NCBI GenBank assembly: GCA_964016885.1
Contig: OZ024742.1
Span: 143,654,001-143,718,000 of the forward strand
Source of the DNA: Eledone cirrhosa
Lineage: Eukaryota
Reading direction: 5' to 3'
Length of the DNA stretch: 64,000 bases
Of this stretch, positions 12,676 to 21,579 are shown piece after piece (positions within the stretch are counted from its first letter, which is position 1; every line of letters starts with the position of its first letter). The position numbers were made by a program, and so were the translations under genes. A model generated the notes under the pieces. The model made no database searches. It was not told where the DNA came from and saw only the letters and a list, made by a program, of their open reading frames with translations.

Positions 12676-12678
<3 letters not shown>
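11969..12678. mobile_element. Non-coding ~440-nt circularly permuted HHR element (retrozyme-like) with inverted second arm
   Basis: 11969-12206 is inverted relative to 12407-12630, and 12364-12407 is inverted relative to 12634-12678, showing that the unit end joins its own start. HHR-like motif on the minus strand and (TA)n flanks. Confidence 0.72.
12196..12238 (-). ncRNA. Degenerate type I hammerhead ribozyme
   Basis: Minus strand: ACGGTG-CCGATGA-CAGCT aata AGCTA-GAAA-ATAG-TT-CATCGT. 6-bp stem I, but the core has U4>C (CCGATGA). Confidence 0.6.
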
Positions 12679-12725
<47 letters not shown>

Positions 12726-13077
12726 CTGCCAATACTGTAATTGAAATATCAAGACCGTAGAGGTATGTCATATTATATGACATACCTCCGGGGAAACGCC
12801 TTCTCCATTCTGTCTGCCGGGGCTGTGGGTGGGCCTCATCGCGTACCAATACATTAGTTAAATACCATTCTTTCATCTGATATAACATCAACGTGATTGA
12901 GATGTTTAACACTTTATTTAAAGTATGTTTCTAGTATTTATATAAAACTGATGTCTGTGTGAAAAAAGACGTATAGAAAAGGCATCATAATCCAAATGGC
13001 CAGATAGGATCGGATAGCTTCTATTAGGAATTCAATTTGACTCCAGTTTAGATGGTTCAATGTTTTGTTCTATAATA

Positions 13078-14560
13078 CAGTTCGTCAGAATTTACTAAAT
13101 CTTATGCAAAAAGCAAGATACTATGGTCTGCTGATTGATTCGACCCCTGACCAGGCGCCCGAGAACAACTGTCAAACTTTGTGCGATATGTCGATGTTGA
13201 TTTCAATATGAAGACGGTCGTTGTGAGGGAATCTTTTCTTGGATTCATTCAAGTAATCAAAAAAGATGCCGCAAGCCTTGTTGAAACAATCGTGAAAGAG
13301 ATAGAAAAATATGACCTACCACTGCAGAACTGTCGATCGCAGTGCTACGACAATGCTGCCATAATGGCTGGGCACCGCAGTGGGGTTCAGCAGAGAATGA
13401 GAGAGAAGAAGAATTTGATTCACTTCGTTAATTGTGATAACCATTCACTTAATCTGGCTGGTCTCCATGCAGCCAAAAACGATTCTGCTATGATGAACTT
13501 TTTCAGTTGCATTGACTCGTTATACAACTTTTTTTTCTCGTTTAACCCAACGATGGGAAGCCCTTAAAGAAGTTGCTCCAGTGGTTGTTAAATATCCTTC
13601 CGACACGCGGTGGAGTGCTAGATGTACCGCAGTCAGACCGGTGGCGAATTATTTGACGCTGATTGTTCAAGTTCTCGAAAAAATTAGCGATGATGAAACA
13701 GAGACATGCGTGAGTAGAAGTGATGCCAGTAATCTCCATAATCGGATACTGGGTTATGAATTCCTGAACTTGATTGAATTCTGGAACACGATTCTCTCAC
13801 GAATTGACCGGGTTCAAAAGAGACTTCAAGATCCAAGAATGAATTTTCACGATGCTGCAGCTGATATAGGAGCCCTTCAACTTTATTTTAAAGAAGAAGA
13901 ATCCACGAGTCTCTTGAAATGAGCTTCGACCTCTGCCAGAAATGGAATGTCGATTTTCCAAGGAGGCGAGGAAGACGACAAACCAATACCGAAATTACTG
14001 AGGACGTCGAGGTGGCGAGGTGGCTGCCAGAAAAGAGATAGAGAGAGCAATGCAAAGTTCACTCAATCGTCTTCAAACAGAAATGGAAGAACGGTTTATT
14101 CGACTTAAGGAAACCGACTCAAGTTTTGGCTTTCTTCTTGATGTCAACTATCTGTTTTATTTGGCTGCTCCTGATAACCTTGTCCTTAAACAAAGGTGCA
14201 ACAGTCTTGCGGAACTATATAACTCCGACATCGACAGAGAGCAATTGTATGAGGAAATCTTGGACTGCCGATTTTGCTGGCTACTAGGACAGCTGACCCA
14301 ATTTTAAAGCCGGAGGCATTTCTCCACTTCATCATACAATACGGCGATTAAAGTGTTCCCAATTTGCGAATCAGCATTCAAATAATGTTGACAATTTCTA
14401 TTTCAATTGCCAGTTACGAGAGGTCGTACAGCAAGCTGAAGCTAATACATTCGTATTTGCGAACCTCAATGAGCCAACTACGGCTGACTGACCTCGCCCT
14501 TCTGAGTGTAGAAATCGAAGAGTTTGAACGAACTGATTTCGAGGAAATTATCAAAAGCCC
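13078..14560 (+). pseudogene. hAT-family transposase (ZMYM1-like), frameshifted and 5'-truncated
   Basis: Motifs across frames: YYGLLIDSTPD (D1), SQCYDNAAIMAG (D2), NCDNHSLNL (CxxH), SDTRWSAR, ASYERSYSKLKLIHSYLRTSMSQLRLTDLALLSVE (catalytic E and dimerisation domain). Confidence 0.92.
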
Positions 14561-14669
14561 AAAAAATAAAGTTGTAACCGTTTTTTGTTTTTTTATTATA
14601 AATTCTACCGCAATTTCGTCTTTGAGGATCTTGACTTTTTGCTGGGGGGGAGGGGGGCAATTTTGATGC

Positions 14670-14705
14670 TTGCCCTGGGTGCCGTTTACCCTAGCTACGC
14701 CACTG
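14670..14705 (-). mobile_element. 3' terminal inverted repeat of the hAT element
   Basis: Minus strand reads CAGTGGCGTAGCTAGGGTAAACGGCACCCAGGGCAA, a typical hAT end just downstream of the transposase. No matching 5' TIR was seen. Confidence 0.7.
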
Positions 14706-14842
14706 GTCATATATCAAATCATATATTTTATCTGACGAGAACGTACGGGAAAAAAAACACAGTACTTTCGAAATATATATAATAAAGCATATATTTTGAT
14801 TATGTGAATATTTTCATTTGTTAATATTTTGAATAATATATA

Positions 14843-14878
<36 letters not shown>

Positions 14879-14899
14879 TATATATGTATATATCTATCT

Positions 14900-15070
14900 A
14901 GGGCGGGTAAAATTCCCGAGATCCATGGACGAGTTCTCTCCAGCAGTCTCTGTCCGTCATTATCGCTGCCATGTCCTCCGTCTCCAACAGACCAGTGTCT
15001 GTCCTTAGGGCATCAACATACGTTAACCTTGGTCTTCCTCTTCCAGTGTGTCCATGTAGGGTCTCCCACA
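14900..15070 (-). mobile_element. 3' fragment of an RTE-clade LINE ORF
   Basis: Minus strand translates WETLHGHTGRGRPRLTYVDA / RTDTGLLETEDMAAIMTDRDCWRELV (one frameshift), matching the GRP...DR..WR C-terminus of RTE-type ORFs. Confidence 0.72.
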
Positions 15071-15147
15071 TATGTATATATATATGTGTATATATAAAAT
15101 AAAGTTAAATAAAAAGTCAAATGTTTAAAATTTAGCTTCGTTTATTG

Positions 15148-15200
15148 CTGCTATATATATTTCATTGACAGCCATCTTTGGCTGTGACCTCTTCAGGCAG
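15148..15200 (-). ncRNA. Hammerhead ribozyme in PLE family 2 pLTR (sense to ORF)
   Basis: CTGC-CTGAAGA-ggtcACAGCCA aaga TGGCTGTcaat-GAAA-TATATA-TA-GCAG. The base of stem II is imperfect. Confidence 0.72.
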
Positions 15201-16426
15201 TCCGAATTAGTGTGGTATAGACAAGTACATATGTTGTTGAGGTGTATAATTTTGTCAATACTCTGATATGCCCAGTTCCTGGTTGGGTTGTTATTTCACT
15301 GAGGAACTGGAATCATATGAATTCAAACAAACGAATTTCAGTGTCAAAGGGCCTCTTCTCCTCTCATTGGTCAGTTGTTAGAACATTCTTCATTCTAAGT
15401 GTTGTTATTGTTGGAGTTAGCTTAAAAAATTGATAAAGTGGTAGAAGGGACAAGGTGTTAAAGGAACAAAATAACAAAAAAAGTGTCAAACTTCCCATTG
15501 GTCAGTTCTGAGAGCATTCCTCAGTTAGAAGTCTATAGAATTCTTTCTGGGGTGAGGCTCTCTGTAGTGTTTGTGTTTGCTATTGTTAAGTACATTTGAC
15601 CTCTACCATTATTTTGGTAGTGTTGTTGGTGTTGTGGTCAGCTTATGTCTTGCTTCTGTTGACAATTTAGAAGTATCTGTGTGTGTTTTTTCTTCATCTC
15701 TCCTGCCACCATCTCTTATAGTGGTGGTGGTGGGGGGGGGGGGTTCTTCCATGTATATGAAGAAATATAAGGCAATAAATGAAGAAAACAGAAAATAAAT
15801 AATATAATTTGTATAATTTGAAAATAAATAATAAATAGAGAATAAAGAATAAAGAATAAAGAATAAAGAATAAAGAATAAATGAAAATTGGTGAAAAAGT
15901 AATGAAAATGAATATGGAGAAGTGAAAAATAAAATGAAGATTCAAATAAAGTAGGATAAAGTGTGTGTGTGCTATAACCAATCTCAAGGTCAGAAATATG
16001 TTGGATAGATTGGTATGAGGTACAAGATGTTAAAATAAGATAATCAAACAAAATGTGTTTGTGTCATAATCAATCTCAACTTAAAAATAAATATAAGGTG
16101 ATACAGTGAAGAGGGCAGAAAACAAATAACAAATTAATAAAGAGACATCAAGATTTAAGATTGGAACTTGAAAATCAGAAATCTAGTAAATTAAAAAGTG
16201 TTTGTGTTATATAGATGTTGGCCAAATTATTATGGCTGTGTCCGATTCAATCTCTAGGCTATCATGGTGTCTGCTCAGCCTGGGTTGTTCCCTATGGCTT
16301 GAGGGGAGTTCACAACCTAGGGTGTTGTTACTGCCCATATAGCTTGAGGGAGGTCTGGCTGAGAGGTATTTACATGTTCAGTAGAAGTACCTATAGCTTG
16401 AGGGGAGTTCACATCTTCTTGTGTTG

Positions 16427-17399
16427 CTACTGTCCATATATCTTAAGGAAGGTCCCGGCTCTAAGGTGTCTGCATGTCCCGAAGAAGTCGGTTCTGAGGT
16501 TTATCAGGCCGCTCCCACCTCTTAGTATCTCGAGGGTCTCGTTCAGGCATAGTTTGCATATGCAAGATCCTCCTTTATCGGGTGGTACTTTCCTGATTAT
16601 GTACCAGGCCAGAGAGTACGGGGTCCTGTCCAGCTTAAGCTTCCAGATCAGGTCGGAGAGAGCCGTGCTTTTCCTTTTGGCCTCCTTATTGAATGAATGG
16701 TGATGGTTGTACCAGCGGTCTTTAAAGCTCGTTGATGTGGCTCCTAAGTAGAGGTGTTCGGAGTTGGGGGTTTTAACCATACAACCGTATACTAGGTTCT
16801 TCTTGAGGCATTCATTACCAAGGGGGCATGATTCGGGGTTTCTGCAGTTGCAGAGGGTGGTCGACATATGCGTGCCTAGATTAGGGTTCCCGTTATGTGT
16901 TACATGCTGGTATTTCCCCAGGCACGGTGGTGGGTCCCCGGGTCTGTTTGGGTTTCTTGGGTGGGCTCTGGGTCCCCCCTTCCCTCCTTTCACATGGTTC
17001 TGCTGATTGTTTGTATTGCCATCTTCTGGTTGTGTGTGGTTTTTAAGCCTACTCCTGTTGATGCTAGCTATGTGTTGGGCCAGATTTCTCGTGGTGGAGT
17101 ACGAGAGCTTCACAGTGTGTCTGTTGAAGATCCTGTGGTATCTGTGGTCCCTCGGGAAGCATTTATCAAGTGCTCCAAAGAATGATCGGGCCAAGCTGTT
17201 CTTTAGGGCCGCTGAGTAGGGTGGGTTGTACCACGTGCTTTTTCGGTGTCTCCTCCTATATGTATGGGTCGGGGGCGTCGTGATTTGTTGGAGATTTGAT
17301 GGGTTGCTGGTGGTTTCCACACTGTTGCTTCCCCTTTGGGCGCTATGCTTTTTGTTATCTTCACGGCCGGAATCTGTGGGGTGGTCGTTTCCCTTGTCG
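16427..17399 (-). CDS. PLE C-terminal region: post-RT linker, Cys-rich motif and GIY-YIG endonuclease (uninterrupted fragment)
   Basis: WYNPPYS..FFGALDKCFP..IFNRHTVKLSYS, CNCRNPESCPLGNECLKKNLVY..YLGATSTSFKDRWYNHHHSF..STALSDLIWKLK..CKLCLNE..LINLRTDFFGTCRH. Confidence 0.88.
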
Positions 17400-17659
17400 T
17401 AACACCTTGTCCCTTCTACCACTTTATCAATTTTTTAAGCTAACTCCAACAATAACAACACTTAGAATGAGGAATGTTCTAACAACTGACCAATGAGAGG
17501 AGAAGAGGCCCTTTGACACTGAAATTCGTTTGTTTGAATTCATATGATTCCAGTTCCTCAGTGAAATAACAACCCAACCAGGAACTGGGCATATCAGAGT
17601 ATTGACAATATTATACACCTCAACAACATATGTACTTGTCTATACCACACTAATTCGGA

Positions 17660-17712
17660 CTGCCTGAAGAGGTCACAGCCAAAGATGGCTGTCAATGAAA
17701 TATATATAGCAG
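17660..17712 (+). ncRNA. Hammerhead ribozyme in inverted pLTR of PLE family 2
   Basis: Reverse-complement copy of 15148-15200: CTGAAGA at 17664, GAAA at 17697, palindromic TATATATA stem III. Confidence 0.72.
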
Positions 17713-17969
17713 CAATAAACGAAGCTAAATTTTAAACATTTGACTTTTTATTTAACTTTATTTTACATTACTCCGGAGTAACCAAACCAACCTGCGCACT
17801 TCGTCGAGTGCTCCAGCCTGCATACTGAGGTGTTGGTATACAACCAACATATACTCAAAATCTATGTGTATATATATATATATAAATGAAAAGTATAGAA
17901 ATTATTGTAGCAAGAAGCCAACAGTATGCCATAATATATAATATATATGTATATATATATATACATATA

Positions 17970-18214
17970 TATTTCGTTTCTGAATTTGTTTAGCAAGATT
18001 CTTTATCTGAAATCGTGTGTTGAAACCGATATCGTTATACCGATATTGAAGAACTTTGACAATATATAAACAACTATCTGGTTGTGGAACCAACCAACCA
18101 ACCAGAAATTTATAAATTCCTAAATTTATAAATTTATTATAATAAATTGAAGTGAAAGCAACTGGTGCGTGTGTTTCTTATTTACAACATGACCCTCCCA
18201 AAGTATAACAATAT
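17970..18214. mobile_element. Miniature fold-back insertion of PLE family 1 pLTR
   Basis: 17970-18040 is the reverse complement of the family-1 3' end (~9661-9730). 18049-18214 is the plus-sense pLTR starting at the HHR GAAA region and ending at AACAATAT|(TA)n. Confidence 0.88.
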
Positions 18215-18231
18215 ATATATATTGGTAAACG

Positions 18232-18310
<79 letters not shown>

Positions 18311-18320
<10 letters not shown>

Positions 18321-20907
18321 TAAAGCTGAGCGTCGTGTGTATTATGTATGTATCCTATTATGTATGTATCCTACACACCTCCCTATAGTTTGTTAGCTTT
18401 ACTCTCTCCGACGCTCTTCCCTCTCTCTATAATAGATCATTCCCCCTCTCTATAATATAACTGCTTTACTCACTCTGTCGCTCTTTACTCTCAAATATTA
18501 TAAAGTTGAGCGTCGTCTATCTCTCTCTCTCTCTCCCTCTTTTACTCTCTCCGTCGCTCTTCCCTCTCTCTATAATAGATCATTGCCCCTCTCTATAATT
18601 TAACTGCTTTACTCTCTCTGTCGCTCTTCACTCTCAAATATTAAAAAGTTGAGCGTCTTCTCTCTCTCCCTCTCTCCCTCTTTCACCCTCTCTATAATTT
18701 AACTGCTTTACTCTGTGTCTCTCTTCACTCTCTATATGACAACACTCTTTTGCTTTCTGCAGCGTCATCTCTTTGACCCTCTCTATAATTTAACTGCTTT
18801 ACTCTCTGTCTCTCTTCACTCTCTATATGACAACACTCTTTTACTTTCCGGAGCGTCGTATGTATGTTTATTTCAAAAGGATAACCTCCTTCAAAAAGCA
18901 GGTAATACATACATCAAAAGGCAACTCTTAGAGAGACAGAGAGTGAAAGAGACAGATTAGGAAAACATCTACGAAAATACAGACAAATATAAAAATGTAT
19001 GTATCCCACACACTTTTTGGCAAAACCAGAAGAAAAAATTATACTACATCAGCACAGTCTGAGGACGATCATGAACGTCGCTTTCAGGAGACGAGGACTC
19101 ATGCAAGAGCCAGTCGAGTAGGTGAGTCTCAAGAGCAGCGCAGCCTCGCCTTCAGCAGACGAGGACTCATGCAAGAGCCAGTCGAGTAGGTGAGTCTCAA
19201 GAGCAGCGCACCCTCGCCTTCAGCAGATGAGGACTCATGCAACAGCCAGTCGAGTAGGTGAGTCTCAAGAGCAGCGCAGCCTCGCCTTCAGCAGATGAGG
19301 ACTCCTGCAAGAGCCAGTCGAGTAGGTGAGTCTCAAGAGCAGCGCAGCCTCGCCTTCAGCAGATGAGGACTCATGCAACAGCCAGTCGAGTAGGTGAGTC
19401 TCAAGAGCAGCGCAGCCTCGCCTTCAGCAGATGAGGACTCATGCAACAGCCAGTCGAGTAGGTGAGTCTCAAGAGCAGCGCAGCCTCGCCTTCAGCAGAT
19501 GAGGACTCATGCAACAGCCAGTCGAGTTATAGAGTCTCAATAGCAGTGCCAGTCTCGCCTTCAGCAGATGAGGACTCATGCAAGAGCCAGTCGAGTAGGT
19601 GAGTCTCAAGAGCAGCGCAGCCTCGCCTTCAGCAGACGGGGACTCATGCAAGAGCCAGTCGAGTAGGTGAGTCTCAAGAGCAGCGCAGCCACGCCTTCAG
19701 CAGATGAGGACTCATGCAACAGCCAGTCGAGTAGGTGAGTCGCAAGAGCGGCGCAGCCTCGCCTTCAGCAGATGAGGACTCATGCAACAGCCAGTCGAGT
19801 AGGTGAGTCTCAAGAGCAGCGCAGCCTCGCCTTCAGCAGATGAGGACTCATGCAAGAGCCAGTCGAGTAGGTGAGTCTCAAGAGCAGCGCAGCCTCGCCT
19901 TCAGCAGATGAGGACTCATGCAACAGCCAGTCGAGTAGGTGAGTCTCAAGAGCAGCGCAGCCTCGCCTTCAGCAGATGAGGACTCATGCAACAGCCAGTC
20001 GAGTAGGTGAGTCTCAAGAGCAGCGCAGCCTCGCCTTAGCAGATGAGGACTCCTGCAAGAGCCAGTCGAGTAGGTGAGTCTCAAGAGCGGCGCAGCCTCG
20101 CCTTCAGCAGATGAGGACTCATGCAACAGCCAGTTCCAGTTATAGAGTCTCAATAGCAGTGCCAGTCTCGCCTTCAGCAGATGAGGACTCATGCAACAGC
20201 AAAGTCGAGTTATAGAGTCTCAATAGCAGCGCAGCCTCGCCTTCAGCGGATGAGGACTCATGCAACAGCCAGTCGAGTTATAGAGTCTCAATAGCAGTGC
20301 CAGTCTCGCCTTCAGCAGATGAGGACTCATGCAAGAGCCAGTCGAGTAGGTGAGTCTCAAGAGCAGCACCAGTCTCGCCTTATGGCTGTACATGGATTGA
20401 CAGACCTTGCAACGGATTCACCATTTTATTAACCCTATGGGTCGCCATTGCATGGGTCAAAATCACACCGGAAGTCATTCGTAATACCTGGTTAGGTATC
20501 GGATATCATGATGTGTCCGGATAAATTCAACAGTGAACGAACAATGGCCCTTTTTAGGGCCACCTTCTTGCAATTGTTACCGCAATCTGTTCTTTAACGG
20601 CTTTCTGCAGACTTGAAATTTTTAACCAAGGCTACAGACAGTACACAGTTGTGAGACCAAATTGTCGGTTTGTCTGTGCCTCTGCGTACGTACACCCACT
20701 GGGTAGTACATACACACGCTGCATATACACGCACAGGCATGCTCCAAGCACACGTGATGGGAACAGTTGGCCGATTTATACGGTAGCTCCTCCCCTTTGC
20801 TACGAAGTCCGATGGACAATGTGACATGGGAGGGTGTGTGATATCTTTTCAGTGGAGTGGTGGAGGCAGGTATATCTAGCCGGGCGTCAGCCGGACGGGC
20901 CAGCTAG
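18311..20907 (+). mobile_element. Non-autonomous Helitron-like element
   Basis: 5' TAATATTATAAAGCTGAGCGTCGTGTGT emerges from (TA)n. The 3' end has a GC-rich hairpin CCGGGCGTCAGCCGG followed by CAGCTAG|T. Internal repeats resemble the RepHel N-terminal charged repeats, and degenerate CT-rich tandem repeats lie at 18395-18850. Confidence 0.65.
19090..20381 (+). repeat. 68/69-bp tandem repeat array, about 19 copies
   Basis: Unit GAGTCTCAAGAGCAGCGCAGCCTCGCCTTCAGCAGATGAGGACTCATGCAACAGCCAGTCGAGTAGGT. GAGTCTC occurs at 19124, 19192 and so on to 20352. Confidence 0.95.
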
Positions 20908-20934
20908 TATATGTATATAAATGGTATATGTAAT

Positions 20935-21073
20935 AATGGGTGATAGTTGTGATGGCTGATGATTATGATGATGATGACGATGATGATGATGATGGTGAAG
21001 ATGGGTGGTGGTGCCGACGGTGATGATGATGATGATTGATGATGATGATGACGACGACGATGATGATGACGAA

Positions 21074-21120
<47 letters not shown>

Positions 21121-21470
21121 CGGTGGTGGTTGTGTTGGTAATGATGAAGGTGATAATAGCGGTGGTGGTGGTGCTGCTGCTGCTGCTACAGCTGTTGGTA
21201 GTGAATGTTGATGATGATGATGGTGGTGGTGGTGGTGATGGTTGTGGTGATGGTAATGTCGATGATGGTGATGATGGTGATGATGATGATGGTGGTGGTG
21301 GTGGTGATGGTTGTGGTGATGGTAATGTCGATGATGGTGATGATGGTGATGAGGGTGATGGTGGTGGTAATGATGATAAATGTTGATGGCAATGGTGATG
21401 GTGATGGTGATGGTGATGGGGATGGTGATGGTGATGGTGATGGTGATGGTGATGGTGATGACGAAGATGT
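20935..21470. repeat. Compound (GAT)n/(GGT)n/(GATGGT)n microsatellite
   Basis: Directly visible, with an internal ~72-bp duplication at ~21210-21350. Confidence 0.92.
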
Positions 21471-21579
21471 GTTTTGGCATTACGAATAATAAAAATTAGT
21501 TTTTGCTGTTTTTGTTATTGTTACAATGTAACTGCTTTCATCATCTCTGGTGTATAGGCTGTTGTTGTTGGTGTTGGTG

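Larger units (their letters stand above)
15095..17864 (-). mobile_element. 5'-truncated Penelope-like element (family 2) bounded by 366-bp inverted pLTR copies, with a ~100-nt tail on the right arm
   Basis: 15095-15460 is the reverse complement of 17400-17765 (near-identical). GIY-YIG ORF on the minus strand, an HHR in each arm, and (TA)-rich flanks. The 3' UTR has (AATAAAG)n at ~15838-15880 and a ~99-bp duplication at 16291-16490. Confidence 0.92.

Noticed and set aside
17400-17422. Start codon of ORF 16427..17422
   Set aside because: The first codons come from the inverted pLTR arm across the truncation junction, so this is not a genuine N-terminus.
15242-17618. Twin 63-aa ORFs at 15242..15433 and 17427..17618
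   Set aside because: They are antisense readings of the two inverted pLTR arms with no recognisable motif.
19090-20381. CRISPR-like appearance of the regular 68-bp repeat (and of the 37-bp satellite)
   Set aside because: Units are contiguous with no unique spacers, there are no cas genes, and the context is eukaryotic.
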